NCBI GenBank assembly: GCA_964225545.1
Contig: CAXQPB010000185.1
Coordinates: forward strand, 1,781-65,780
Direction of reading: 5' to 3'
Origin: Nitrosopumilus sp.
GTDB lineage: Bacteria > Desulfobacterota > Binatia > UBA1149 > SPBQ01
Length of the DNA: 64,000 nt
Shown here in pieces: positions 1 through 11,292 of this stretch (positions are counted from its first letter, which is position 1; every line of letters starts with the position of its first letter). The translations under genes were made by a program, and so were the position numbers. The notes beneath the pieces were generated by a model. The model made no database searches and was not told the origin of the DNA. It saw nothing but the letters and a program-made list of their open reading frames with translations.

Positions 1-1163
1 ATGGAGCAAGCGGCGACGACAGCAAAATTTCCGGGCACAATCCGCACAGGGACGGTCGAGACGTAGAACACGCCTTCGGGCAGATCGATAAACTCGTAGC
101 GCCCGAGAAGAACACAGGCGATGTATCCGAGGGTGACGCCGGAGAACGTTCCCAGAGCGCCGATCAGCAGGCCTTTGAGCACGAAGATCAACGCCACGCT
201 GCGGTCGGTCGCGCCCATCGATTTCAGCACGGCGACATCCCGCCGTTTCTCCATGACGATCATGTACAGGCTGGCGACGATCGTGAACGCCGCGACCAGG
301 ATGATCAGCATCAGGACAAGGAAGTAGACGGTCTTCTCCAGCTGCAACGCCTCGAATACATTCCGGTGGACCTCGGTCCAGCTTTGCGCCCAGTAAGGGA
401 TCCCCAGCCGCTGATTGAGTTCGGCTGCCACGGCGGGTGCGTCATACGGATCGGCGAGTACCGCCTCGACTCCAGTAGCCACCGAATCAAGTTTCAGCAG
501 CGCGCGCGCGTCATCGATGGCGAGGTAGACCAGCCCGGCGTCGTACTCGACCATTCCCGAGTCGTAAACAGCGGCGACCACGAAGCGACGGCTTCGCGGG
601 ATCGCCCCGAACGGCGTCGCGCTCATGCTCGGGACCATCAGCGTGAGCGCATCGCCGAGACGCACGCCGGTGCGCCTGGAGAGTTCACGGCCGATCATCA
701 CACCCGGAAGCTCGGAGTTCTCGAATGCGTGCCGTCGGCCAAGGGTCTCGGCATCGCCTTCAACGACAAAATCGAGGATTCCGATCGCCGAGCGACCATC
801 GGACGTTTCGACTCCACGCCCGACCACACCCAGCATCCGTCCGTTCGCCGATACCAGCATCTGCGCTGTCACCACCGGCGCGGCCGCCAGCACCTCGGGG
901 TTCGATTCCACGATCTCGACGAAGCGTTGCGGGTCGGCGATCATGCCGCCGGTGATGCGATCGACGACGCGAATATGAGGGTTGAGACCGAGGATCCGGC
1001 GACGCAGATCCTCCTCGAAGCCGGTCATGACGGACAGGACGATGGTCAGGACCATCACACCCAGAAGGACGCTGACCGTCGAGATCGCGGTGATCACGGA
1101 GACGAACCGCTCATTGCGGCGCGACCGCAGGTAACGCAGGCCGACGAAGAGCTCCCAGCCCAT
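1..1163 (-). CDS. Lipoprotein-releasing system permease, LolC/LolE (FtsX-like) family; C-terminus runs off the window
   Basis: Absent from the ORF track because no stop lies inside the window. My reverse-strand translation starts at ATG (complement of cat 1161-1163): MGWELFVGLRYLRSRRNERFVSVITAISTVSVLLGVMVLTIVLSVMTGFEEDLRRRILGLNPHI... It continues ...LNQRLGIPYWAQSWTEVHRNVFEALQLEKTVYFLVLMLIILVAAFTIVASLYMIVMEKRRDVAVLKSMGATDRSVALIFVLKGLLIGALGTFSGVTLGY, a typical LolC/E layout. Confidence 0.85.
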   Translation of the reverse strand, partial: MGWELFVGLRYLRSRRNERFVSVITAISTVSVLLGVMVLTIVLSVMTGFEEDLRRRILGLNPHIRVVDRITGGMIADPQRFVEIVESNPEVLAAAPVVTAQMLVSANGRMLGVVGRGVETSDGRSAIGILDFVVEGDAETLGRRHAFENSELPGVMIGRELSRRTGVRLGDALTLMVPSMSATPFGAIPRSRRFVVAAVYDSGMVEYDAGLVYLAIDDARALLKLDSVATGVEAVLADPYDAPAVAAELNQRLGIPYWAQSWTEVHRNVFEALQLEKTVYFLVLMLIILVAAFTIVASLYMIVMEKRRDVAVLKSMGATDRSVALIFVLKGLLIGALGTFSGVTLGYIACVLLGRYEFIDLPEGVFYVSTVPVRIVPGNFAVVAACS

Positions 1164-1182
1164 GGATAGAGCGATCCCTCTG

Positions 1183-2760
1183 TCAGGAACGCCCGGGTCG
1201 CTCGGGCTTCAGGTGCGGGAACAGGATCACCTCGCGGATCGAGGTCGCGCCCGTCAACAACATCACCAGCCGATCGATCCCGATCCCCTCCCCCGCGGTT
1301 GGCGGCAACCCGTACTCCAGCGCACGGACATAGTCCTCGTCCATCATGTGGGCCTCGTCGTCACCGGCCGCTCGTTGTTCGAGCTGATCGAGGAACCGCG
1401 CGTGCTGATCCTCGGGGTCGTTGAGTTCGGAGAACCCGTTCGCGATCTCCCGGCCGGCCACGAACAGCTCGAACCGATCGACGAACCCCGGTTTGTCGTC
1501 GCTCGAGCGGGCCAGCGGAGAGATTTCCACCGGGAAACTCGTAATGAACGTCGGTTGTACAAGGCGATGTTCAGCCACCTCGTCGAAAACGTCCGCAAGC
1601 AGCCCGAGCCCGTTCTTCCGATGCTGCGGGTCGAGACCGAGCTCGTCTGCGAAGCGCTCGAGCGCCTCGGGAGACTCCGCATCCTCGACGGACAGGGAGG
1701 AGTTGGCAGCGACCGCTTCCGCCATGGTCATGCGAGCAAAAGGCGCCTTGAAGTCGATCTCCGCGTCGCCGAACTGAACGCGGGTACCACCGTGCAGCGT
1801 GGTCGCGAGGTCCGCGAAGAGCTCCTCGGTCATCGCCATGAGGTCCTCGTAACCGGCAAACGCCTGATACAGCTCGCACATGGTGAATTCGGGGTTGTGC
1901 TCGGTCGACAACCCATCGTTACGGAAGCAGCGGTTGATCTCGAACACGCGCTCCATTCCGCCGACAACGAGTCGCTTGAGATACAGCTCCGGCGCGATCC
2001 GCAGAAACATGTCCTGCGAGAGCGCGTTGTGATGGGTGACGAAAGGCTTGGCCGCCGCACCGCCCGCGATCTGATGCATCATCGGCGTCTCGACCTCGAC
2101 GAAGCTGCGCTCCTCGAGAAACGCACGGATTCGCGCGACGATGCGCGCGCGGCGTGCGAAGATCGAGCGCGTGTCCTCGTTGACGATCAGGTCGACATAG
2201 CGCCGGCGGTAACGCTGCTCGACGTCTGTCAGCCCGTGCCACTTCTCAGGCAGCGGTCGCAGCGACTTGACCAGGCAGCGCAGGCTCTCGCAGCGCAACG
2301 TCAGCTCGCCCGTGCGGGTGCGGAACACGGTGCCCTGAGCGCCGACGATGTCGCCGACATCGAGTCCCTTGACCACCGCGAACTCCTCGGCCGAAAGCAC
2401 CTGTTTCTGCGCGTAGAGCTGGAGCGCCCCGGTGCCGTCGCGCAGCCCGATGAAGATACTCTTGCCGAAGCTGCGGATCGCCATGACGCGGCCGGCGACC
2501 GTATAGGTGCCGCTCTGCGCCTCGACCGCTTCCCCGTCGAGCGCGCCGAACTCTGCGCTCAGCGTGGCCAGGTCGGTATCGCGTCGAAAATCGTTCGGGT
2601 AGGACCAGCCATCCCCACGCAGTCGCTCGAGTTTGCCGCGTCGGACCGTGACCTGTTCGGCTTCGTCAACGACCGGCTCGACGCCATCCTCGCGCGGCTT
2701 CTCGCCGCCGGAATGCCCGGAGGCTCCTTTGCCTGTTTCTGGAGAGCTTGCTGCCATCAC
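1183..2760 (-). CDS. lysS: Lysyl-tRNA synthetase, class II
   Basis: 525-aa ORF with class II aaRS core motifs (FLEERSFVEVETPMMH; ELFVAGREIANGFSELNDPEDQHARF; GLPPTAGEGIGIDRLVMLL). Lies 20 nt upstream of lolC/E on the same strand. Confidence 0.95.
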   Translation of the reverse strand: MMAASSPETGKGASGHSGGEKPREDGVEPVVDEAEQVTVRRGKLERLRGDGWSYPNDFRRDTDLATLSAEFGALDGEAVEAQSGTYTVAGRVMAIRSFGKSIFIGLRDGTGALQLYAQKQVLSAEEFAVVKGLDVGDIVGAQGTVFRTRTGELTLRCESLRCLVKSLRPLPEKWHGLTDVEQRYRRRYVDLIVNEDTRSIFARRARIVARIRAFLEERSFVEVETPMMHQIAGGAAAKPFVTHHNALSQDMFLRIAPELYLKRLVVGGMERVFEINRCFRNDGLSTEHNPEFTMCELYQAFAGYEDLMAMTEELFADLATTLHGGTRVQFGDAEIDFKAPFARMTMAEAVAANSSLSVEDAESPEALERFADELGLDPQHRKNGLGLLADVFDEVAEHRLVQPTFITSFPVEISPLARSSDDKPGFVDRFELFVAGREIANGFSELNDPEDQHARFLDQLEQRAAGDDEAHMMDEDYVRALEYGLPPTAGEGIGIDRLVMLLTGATSIREVILFPHLKPERPGRS

Positions 2761-2932
2761 GCGGATCTGAGCCGGTAACCGGATCGTTGATGCGCTGTGA
2801 CGGCGACGCCGGAGCGTTCGCCTGCAGAGCGCGCGGAACAGTAACTTGGCCTGTGCAGGCGGTCAACTGCGGCGCGCAGTGGCGCCACCGGGAAACTTGA
2901 ATCACGGCAAGGATTTACCTACCCTCGCCTGA

Positions 2933-3877
2933 GTGCGCGCTTCCCTCGCCCTGCGCCGTTACAGCCGGCTAGGCCAAGTGGGTCATGTCCAGAGGCGACA
3001 GGGGCGCCACGGGCAACAGCCGGGCGGTTACCTGCGGGCTCTCAGAGTGCTGCTGATCGCATTGACCGCCTACGGTGCCGCACTCGCCATCAACTCCGGG
3101 ATCGCTATCTGGCTCGAGCGCGGCCTGCCGATCGCCTCGACGCAACGCGACGTGCCGGACAGCCAACTCCCGTCCACGCTGGCCCGGACCGCGCCGGATC
3201 ACTCGGCAATCTTCGAAAGAAACCTGTTCGGCTCGGAGCCGATCATCGTGAGCGAAACAGCGGCCCCTGCAGTTTCGTCGACCGGCGAGCTTCTCCTGCG
3301 TGGAACGGCCGAGCTCGACGGGCGCGCGTTCGCCGTCTTTGAAGACGCATCGGCCGGAAAACAGGATGTTTTCGCAATTGGCGAACGGGTCTTCGGCGGA
3401 CCGAAGCTGGTCGCGGTTCGATCGCGCAGCGCCACGATCCTGCTGCGCGGTCGCAAGACCACGCTGGAGATCGCCGAAGGCGATGTTTCCGGGAAATCCA
3501 GGTCTTCCAGAAAAGCGTCCGCAGCCGGTCCTGGCAACGGAATACGCAAGACCGGCGAGAACAGCTATGTTGTTGATCGGCGCGAGGTCGATCACTCGGT
3601 GGAGAACCTGAATACAGTCATCACGCAGGTCCGGGCTGTGCCCTATCTCAACGACGGCAAGAGCGTGGGCTTCCGCCTGTTCAACATCAAGCCACAGTCG
3701 ATTTTCGAACGCATGGGGCTGCAGAACGGCGACGTTGTCCAGAAAATCAATGGTGTGGAGTTGAACTCTCCGTCAAAGGCCGTGGGTTTGCTGGAAGAGA
3801 TGCAGACTTCCGACGAGCTGCTTGTCGATCTCCTCCGGGCCGGAGCGCCGCGCACGCTCACCTACGCAATCAAGTGA
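2933..3877 (+). CDS. gspC: Type II secretion system protein C (PDZ-containing)
   Basis: One N-terminal TM (LRVLLIALTAYGAALAINSGIAIWL) and a C-terminal PDZ-like segment (VGFRLFNIKPQSIFERMGLQNGDVVQKINGVELNSP). First gene of the gsp cluster; its stop overlaps the gspD start (GTGA 3874-3877). The GTG 2933 start is uncertain. Confidence 0.8.
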   Translation: MRASLALRRYSRLGQVGHVQRRQGRHGQQPGGYLRALRVLLIALTAYGAALAINSGIAIWLERGLPIASTQRDVPDSQLPSTLARTAPDHSAIFERNLFGSEPIIVSETAAPAVSSTGELLLRGTAELDGRAFAVFEDASAGKQDVFAIGERVFGGPKLVAVRSRSATILLRGRKTTLEIAEGDVSGKSRSSRKASAAGPGNGIRKTGENSYVVDRREVDHSVENLNTVITQVRAVPYLNDGKSVGFRLFNIKPQSIFERMGLQNGDVVQKINGVELNSPSKAVGLLEEMQTSDELLVDLLRAGAPRTLTYAIK

Positions 3878-6093
3878 TTTCAGGAAAGCGCATACTGCCT
3901 GTCGCGGCGTTTGCCCTCTGGACGCTGGCTCCGTTACCGGAGCGGCTGCAATTTCAACAAGCTCAGCAAGTCCGACAAGTCCCGCAAGTCCCGCAAGTCC
4001 CGCAAGTCCCGCAAGGCCCGCAAGGCCCGCAAGGCCGGCATCCCCTGGAAAGCGTGAGCGAGCTGAGACGGCTTGCCGGGCTTGCAGGCGTCAAGGTTGC
4101 AAACGCCCAGGATCGGGCCGTCCGTGCACAGCAGGACGCCGCGAGCGACGGAAAGTTTACCATTCACTTCGAGGACGTCGAGCTGCCGGTCTTCGTCAAA
4201 TTCATCGGCAAGGCGACAAACCGCAACTTCGTATTTTCGGACAAAGTCAGCGGCGCGGTGACGGTTGTTTCACCCGAACCGGTAACCGCAGACGAAGCGC
4301 TCGCCGTATTCCAGTCGGTCCTCGCTGTGCGCGGGCTGACCATGGTCGATGACGGACTCGTGACGCGGATCATCCCCCTGAAAGAGGCCCGCACGGCGGG
4401 CGGCAGGCTCTCGGACGGCTCCCCCGCCGCGACCGGTTTCGCGACCCGCCTGCTGCCGCTCAGACACGTGGACGCGGCCGATGTCGCACAGGCGCTCGAT
4501 TCACTTGTCTCCAAGGAAGGATCCCTCGTCGCATACGAGGGCACGAACACGCTCATCGTGACGGACACGACCACGAACATCGCGCGGATGGCTGAGGTCG
4601 TGGCGAGCCTGGACATCGCGAAGCACGAAGAGTCAGTACAGGTCATCGCGCTCGAACATGCCGACGCATCCACGCTGGCCGAACAGATCGAAAGCATCCT
4701 CGGTGCGCCGCGGAGGGCCAAAGACAAGACCGGCTCGCCGATCACCCCGTCCTTCAGGCTGGTGCCCGACGAGCGCACGAACTCGCTCGTCGTGATCGGG
4801 CCGGAAAATGAACGGCGCAAGATCGATGAACTCGCGCGCGGACTCGACACGCCGCTGTCGGCGAGCGATCAGCGCATCAACGTTTACTACGTCAAGTACG
4901 CGAACGCGCTCGACCTCGTCGATGTCGTCGCGGGGATGCTGAGCGGACGCCGGCGGGTGGCGTCCGGCGCCAACGCCGGTGCGACACGAGCAGCGACAGG
5001 AAAGTCGGAAGGCCTTTCTGACGAGATCTCGATCACCGGCGACCCGGCGACGAACTCCGTGATCGTCAACGCCTCGGCCGCGGACTACAAGTCGATCCGC
5101 CAGCTTCTCGAGGACCTCGACATCCAAAGGCCCCAGGTTTTCGTCGAAGCGATCGTCGCCGAGGTCTCGATCGATCGTGCAGAGGCGCTGGGACTGGAGT
5201 GGCAGGGCGCCATCGAGGGCGCGAACGGTGTGGTGCTCGGCCGCTCGAGCCTCGGTTCGCTCGGGGCAGCGTTCTTCAATCCCGCGGCCCTTTCCGGTCT
5301 GCTGCTCGCGGCCGCCAGCGATAAGACCATCGAGACACCGGACGGCACCGAAGTTCCTGCCCAGGCCGTCCTCTTCACCGCCCTCGCCAACGATCAGGAC
5401 ATCGAGGTGCTGTCCGCACCGACACTGCTCACGCTGGACAACCAGGAAGCTCGAATCGTCGTCGGAGAGAACATCCCCTTCATTACCGGCCAGGGCATCG
5501 ACGCTGCCAACCTCGACAACGTCTTCAGAACGGTCGAACGTCGCGACGTCGGCGTCAAGTTGACCATCACGCCGCAGGTCTCGGAGGGAGACGTCGTCAT
5601 CCTGAACATTCAGGAGGAGGTGTCGGCGGTCGCAGAGCGAGTCAGCGCGGAACTGATCAACTCGGTCGGGCCCGTCTACACAATCCGTTCGGCCGAGACG
5701 ACGGTGAGCGTGCGCGACGGCAGGACGGCGGTAATCGGCGGCCTGATATCGAACTCGCTTACCAACGCCAGCAGCAAAGTCCCCTATCTGGGCGATATTC
5801 CGTATCTGGGACGACTGTTCCGGACGGACGCCGAGCGAGGCGAGAAGGTCAACCTGATCGTCGTTCTTACCCCGCACATCATCCGCGACCCCGGCGACCT
5901 CACGGTAGTCTCCGACCGCGCAGGCCGCGCTTTCCGTGAGACGCTCTCGAGCGAACCCGGAGAGCCGGGAGGCGGCGCGGCGCGCAGCAAAGCGGACAAG
6001 ATCCCGGGCCTCGGCCCGCCGATGATAGAGCCGGACGCCGACCCCAGAGCCGGACTGTTGCCGCCGCGTCAGGCCGAGCCGGCGGGCTTCTGA
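3874..6093 (+). CDS. gspD: Type II secretion system secretin
   Basis: 739 aa. N-domain signature FTIHFEDVELPVFVKFIGKATNRNFVF. C-terminal secretin domain (VPYLGDIPYLGRLFRTD...NLIVVLTPHII). Confidence 0.95.
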   Translation: MISGKRILPVAAFALWTLAPLPERLQFQQAQQVRQVPQVPQVPQVPQGPQGPQGRHPLESVSELRRLAGLAGVKVANAQDRAVRAQQDAASDGKFTIHFEDVELPVFVKFIGKATNRNFVFSDKVSGAVTVVSPEPVTADEALAVFQSVLAVRGLTMVDDGLVTRIIPLKEARTAGGRLSDGSPAATGFATRLLPLRHVDAADVAQALDSLVSKEGSLVAYEGTNTLIVTDTTTNIARMAEVVASLDIAKHEESVQVIALEHADASTLAEQIESILGAPRRAKDKTGSPITPSFRLVPDERTNSLVVIGPENERRKIDELARGLDTPLSASDQRINVYYVKYANALDLVDVVAGMLSGRRRVASGANAGATRAATGKSEGLSDEISITGDPATNSVIVNASAADYKSIRQLLEDLDIQRPQVFVEAIVAEVSIDRAEALGLEWQGAIEGANGVVLGRSSLGSLGAAFFNPAALSGLLLAAASDKTIETPDGTEVPAQAVLFTALANDQDIEVLSAPTLLTLDNQEARIVVGENIPFITGQGIDAANLDNVFRTVERRDVGVKLTITPQVSEGDVVILNIQEEVSAVAERVSAELINSVGPVYTIRSAETTVSVRDGRTAVIGGLISNSLTNASSKVPYLGDIPYLGRLFRTDAERGEKVNLIVVLTPHIIRDPGDLTVVSDRAGRAFRETLSSEPGEPGGGAARSKADKIPGLGPPMIEPDADPRAGLLPPRQAEPAGF
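3961..4041 (+). repeat. 9-bp in-frame tandem repeat (about 9 units) inside the gspD 5' region
   Basis: Units read directly: gctcagcaa gtccgacaa gtcccgcaa x4 ggcccgcaa x2 ggccggcat. Encodes AQQ VRQ (VPQ)4 (GPQ)2 GRH just after the predicted signal peptide. Confidence 0.95.
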
Positions 6094-6099
6094 ACCGCT

Positions 6100-7812
<1,713 letters not shown>

Positions 7813-7843
7813 AGGCGTCTGGGAAGCTGCCGGACAACAACAA

Positions 7844-9064
7844 GTGACGGTCTTCGCATACAAGGGGGTGTCCACGGTCGGCCGCAGCGTAACCGGAACG
7901 GTTGACGCGGACAGTCCTCGTACGGCTCGAGCCCGCCTCCGGGAGCGCGGCATCTTCGCGTCGGACGTCTCCGAATCCCCCGCGCCCGGAACAGCCGGAG
8001 CGACACATGCAGGGCGGCCTGCCGGACGGAGGGTGTCTCCGCGTGAGCTGTCCCGCCTGCTTCGGCAGCTCGCGACGCTGCTGTCGGCAGGGATCCCCCT
8101 TGTCGATGCGCTGGGCTCGCTGATCGCTCGCGGGCTGAAGCCCAATGTCGCCGCGGCGCTGGAGACCATCCGGACCGAGCTGATCGGCGGTGAGAGCCTG
8201 GAGCGGGCCGTCTCGCGGCACCCGGAGGTATTTCCGCCGATCTACCACGGCATGATCCGCGCAGGCGAGGCGAGCGGCGCTCTCGATCGCGTACTGGTGC
8301 GCATCGCCGATCACGCCGAATCGAACGCCAAACTCCAGGGGCAGCTGCGATCGGCGATGACGTACCCGGCGATCATGATGCTGGTCGGCGGCGGAATCGT
8401 CTCGTTTCTTCTGGCGTACGTCGTCCCGCAGGTGACCCGGGTCTTCGCCGAGTCCGGCCAGCTGCTGCCCTGGCCGACACGAGCGCTGATGGCCGCAGGA
8501 GCCTTTCTCGCCTCGTACGGGCTGTACCTGCTGCTCGCTCTCTCAGTGCTGGCGCTGTCCGCACGGTACTACGCGGGGACTGCGGTCGGGCGCCGGAGAC
8601 TCGAGCGCCTGGTAATGGCGCTCCCGTGGATGGGCGATGTCGTGCGCAATGTCGCCATGGCTCGTTTCTCCCACACAATCGCCACCATGATGTCAGGCGG
8701 CATGACGTTGCTCGGCGCGCTCGACATGAGCCGCGGGGTTACCGGAAGCACACTTGTCGATGACGCGCTGTTCGAGGCCGGCGAGGCAGTGCGTCAGGGC
8801 GGTCAGCTCGCGCCCAATCTCGACGCATCGGGACTTTTCAATCCGATGGTGACCGACATGATCGGTGTGGGCGAGCGCAGCGGCGAACTCGAGCGCATGC
8901 TCGAACGCGCAGCCGAGGCGCTCGACGAAGAGGTCCGCGGCAATGTCGAAACCATGACCAGCCTTATCGAGCCGATCATGATATTGCTGATGGCTGCGGT
9001 CGTGCTTTTTGTACTGCTGGCGGTGCTGTTGCCCGTCTTTGAGATGAACCAGATGGTTCGGTAG
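7844..9064 (+). CDS. gspF: Type II secretion system inner-membrane platform protein
   Basis: 406 aa. N-terminus MTVFAYKGVS. Duplicated GspF-type domain (GESLERAVSRHPEVFPPIYHGMIRAGEASG; MVTDMIGVGERSGELERMLERAAE). Three TM segments. Confidence 0.9.
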   Translation: MTVFAYKGVSTVGRSVTGTVDADSPRTARARLRERGIFASDVSESPAPGTAGATHAGRPAGRRVSPRELSRLLRQLATLLSAGIPLVDALGSLIARGLKPNVAAALETIRTELIGGESLERAVSRHPEVFPPIYHGMIRAGEASGALDRVLVRIADHAESNAKLQGQLRSAMTYPAIMMLVGGGIVSFLLAYVVPQVTRVFAESGQLLPWPTRALMAAGAFLASYGLYLLLALSVLALSARYYAGTAVGRRRLERLVMALPWMGDVVRNVAMARFSHTIATMMSGGMTLLGALDMSRGVTGSTLVDDALFEAGEAVRQGGQLAPNLDASGLFNPMVTDMIGVGERSGELERMLERAAEALDEEVRGNVETMTSLIEPIMILLMAAVVLFVLLAVLLPVFEMNQMVR

Positions 9065-9073
9065 GGTCACTCC

Positions 9074-9496
9074 ATGTTCGGACGTCGCCAGAACGGCTTC
9101 ACACTGATCGAGATCCTTGTGGTCGTCATGATCCTTGGCCTGCTCGTATCGCTTGCGGCGCCGCGCATCATCGGCAGAACCGATGACGCCCGCATCACCA
9201 AGGCCCGCGCCGACATGAAAGCCGTCGAAGAGGCCCTGAACCTCTACAAACTCGATTCGGGGAAATACCCGACAACCGATCAGGGGCTGCTCGCTCTGGT
9301 CGAGGAGCCCGACAGCGAGCCGCGTCCGCGCCGCTGGCGCGACGGCGGCTACCTCGAGCGCGTACCTGGAGACCCGTGGGACAATGAGTTCCTGTACGTC
9401 AGCGACGGCCGCGAATACGTACTGCAAAGCCTCGGCGCCGACGGAGAGGAAGGTGGCGAGGACGCCGACGCGGACATCGACTCGCGCGACTTCTGA
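9074..9496 (+). CDS. gspG: Major pseudopilin
   Basis: 140 aa. Prepilin leader and cleavage site MFGRRQNG|FTLIEILVVVMILGLL with Glu+5. Conserved GspG core (DPWDNEFLY). Confidence 0.95.
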   Translation: MFGRRQNGFTLIEILVVVMILGLLVSLAAPRIIGRTDDARITKARADMKAVEEALNLYKLDSGKYPTTDQGLLALVEEPDSEPRPRRWRDGGYLERVPGDPWDNEFLYVSDGREYVLQSLGADGEEGGEDADADIDSRDF

Positions 9497-10085
9497 GGGC
9501 TTCACGCTCGTCGAGCTGACGCTCGTCGTGCTGATCGTCGGAATCCTCATGACGATCGCGCTGCCGCGCTTGACGATCCTCGCCGGCGAGAGATTGGACT
9601 CCGGCGCGCGAAGGCTGGCGACGCTGATCCGCTACCTCCATGACGAGGCAGCGCTGCGCGGCACGGTCTACCGCCTGACTCTCGACCTGGACGAGGCGAG
9701 CTGGGCCGTTCACAGCTGGGCGCCGCTCGCTGCCTCGGCTTCACCGGGTTTCGGGACAGACACGGCTGCCGACACGCCGGCGCTTTTTTCCGCAGCGGTA
9801 AAGCTCGACGAGGAGGCACTGCGGGAGAAGAACGAGGAGAGATTCACCGCGGGGTGGGACCCGTACGCTGCCGCCGGCACACTGCCCGACGGAGTCATCT
9901 TCGAATACGTAGCGACCGCCGATTCCGTCGAAAACACCGGGGCACGCGCCCTGTATTTCCTGCCCGAAGGTTCGATGGAGAATGTTCGGATCGCGCTCCA
10001 GGGCGAGAGCGGACGCGAGGTTGAGCTGCACGTTGACGGTGTCACCGGACACGTGGCCGTGCGCGACCGGGAGCGCGGCAGCTGA
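9453..10085 (+). CDS. gspH: Minor pseudopilin GspH
   Basis: Prepilin site SEG|FTLVELTLVVLIVGIL with Glu+5. The track ORF starts at 9384, deep inside gspG. The in-frame GTG at 9453 gives a 16-aa leader, so I prefer it; the start remains uncertain. Confidence 0.75.
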   Translation: MARTPTRTSTRATSEGFTLVELTLVVLIVGILMTIALPRLTILAGERLDSGARRLATLIRYLHDEAALRGTVYRLTLDLDEASWAVHSWAPLAASASPGFGTDTAADTPALFSAAVKLDEEALREKNEERFTAGWDPYAAAGTLPDGVIFEYVATADSVENTGARALYFLPEGSMENVRIALQGESGREVELHVDGVTGHVAVRDRERGS

Positions 10086-10528
10086 AGACAAGCGCGAACA
10101 GAAAAGCCGGGATCACGCTGCTCGAGCTGCTGGTCGCCGTGTCGGTCCTGGGCGTCGCGATGGTCAGCCTGCTCGGACTTCACGCCCGCAATGTCAGACT
10201 CACGTCTCAAGCGCAGGATCTGACCATCGCGGGAATGCTCGCTTCCCGCGTGGCCGCGGAATCGCAGGCGTCAAGGACCCCGGTTCCGGCGGGGATCACC
10301 TCCGGGGAGTTCAGCGACCGCGAGGCGAGCCTGAGTTTCGCGGGTGAAGAGATCTACGGAGGTACCCTCGCCGCTCGATTCCGCTGGCGAAGGGAGGTCG
10401 AGTACATCGATCTGGCACGTCTGGGCCTGCCGCTGCGGGTTCCGCGAATCCGCGTAAGTGTCGGCACCGAGGACAATCCCGAGATCGCTGTGCTGGTCGT
10501 CCTTCAGCCGGGTGCGTCCGCGCCATGA
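10082..10528 (+). CDS. gspI: Minor pseudopilin GspI (probable non-canonical CTG start)
   Basis: Prepilin site KAG|ITLLELLVAVSVLG with Glu+5 lies upstream of the track start at 10139. Between the in-frame stop (10034-10036) and 10139 there is no ATG, GTG or TTG. CTG at 10082 overlaps the gspH stop (cTGA). Confidence 0.65.
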   Translation: MKTSANRKAGITLLELLVAVSVLGVAMVSLLGLHARNVRLTSQAQDLTIAGMLASRVAAESQASRTPVPAGITSGEFSDREASLSFAGEEIYGGTLAARFRWRREVEYIDLARLGLPLRVPRIRVSVGTEDNPEIAVLVVLQPGASAP

Positions 10529-11292
10529 CCGCCCGAACAAACAAAGCCTGCCGGCACAAGGCTGGCGTGAGCCTGCTCGAGATGCTCGTGGCGCTGGGCA
10601 TTTTCGCCATTATCTCCTCGATTGTTTACGGCACGTTCAGCCGCACGGCGGGGACCAGAGTCTACGCCGAACAACGACTGAACCTGTTCGCGATCGCCCG
10701 CGCGGCGATCTCATGGATGGAGCGCGACCTGATGGCGGCGGGCACAACAGGACTTTTCCCAACCGGTCAGCCGATCCTTTTCGTATCCGCGGGTATCGCC
10801 GAACGTGAGACGGGTCGTGACGACGTACCGCTGCTGGAGGTGACGACGGCCTCCTCGCTCGGGACGAGCCCGCTCGAGATCGACGGGTTCGTGCTGCCGG
10901 GACACTCGGAACGAAGCAGCGAGACCCGCGTGGTCTACCGGCTCGAGCGCTCGACGGAACCCGATGCCGCCCCCGGTCTCTCCTCCGAGCGGGCTCAAGG
11001 AATGGAGAAAGCGGCGGCCTACGACCTGGTGCGCTACGACTTCAGGCCGGCTCGCGCGGCGGAACTCGAATTTGCAGCCCGATCGGTCATTGCAGGAGGC
11101 GTGGAATCCGTAACGCTCCGATTCTACGATGGCGTCAGCTGGTGGGAGAGCTGGGATTCGAGGCCCGGAGCTGCCAACTCGCGACGAGTACCCCGCATGG
11201 TCGAAACCCGTATCACGATGCATGATGCTGAAGGTCCGCCGCTGACCTTCGTCTCCGGCGTGGCGGTCGCGAGTCAGATCGATGCCGGCTGA
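10525..11292 (+). CDS. gspJ: Minor pseudopilin GspJ
   Basis: 255 aa. Leader MTARTNKACRHKAG|VSLLEMLVALGIFAII with Glu+5. Its ATG overlaps the gspI stop (ATGA 10525-10528). Confidence 0.75.
   Translation: MTARTNKACRHKAGVSLLEMLVALGIFAIISSIVYGTFSRTAGTRVYAEQRLNLFAIARAAISWMERDLMAAGTTGLFPTGQPILFVSAGIAERETGRDDVPLLEVTTASSLGTSPLEIDGFVLPGHSERSSETRVVYRLERSTEPDAAPGLSSERAQGMEKAAAYDLVRYDFRPARAAELEFAARSVIAGGVESVTLRFYDGVSWWESWDSRPGAANSRRVPRMVETRITMHDAEGPPLTFVSGVAVASQIDAG

Noticed and set aside
1162-2778. 538-aa plus-strand ORF covering lysS
   Set aside because: Antisense to a clear class II lysyl-tRNA synthetase. Low-complexity Arg/Leu/Asp composition and no motifs.
2761-2932. Possible sigma-54 promoter (tggcgcc...cttga) upstream of gspC
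   Set aside because: The spacing between the GG and the would-be GC elements does not fit TGGCAC-N5-TTGC when counted base by base.
3822-4352. 176-aa ORF giving PASPASPASPARPARPARPAS across the 9-bp repeat
   Set aside because: This is an alternative-frame reading of the gspD repeat. The gspD frame continues into a bona fide secretin, so the ORF is not considered coding.
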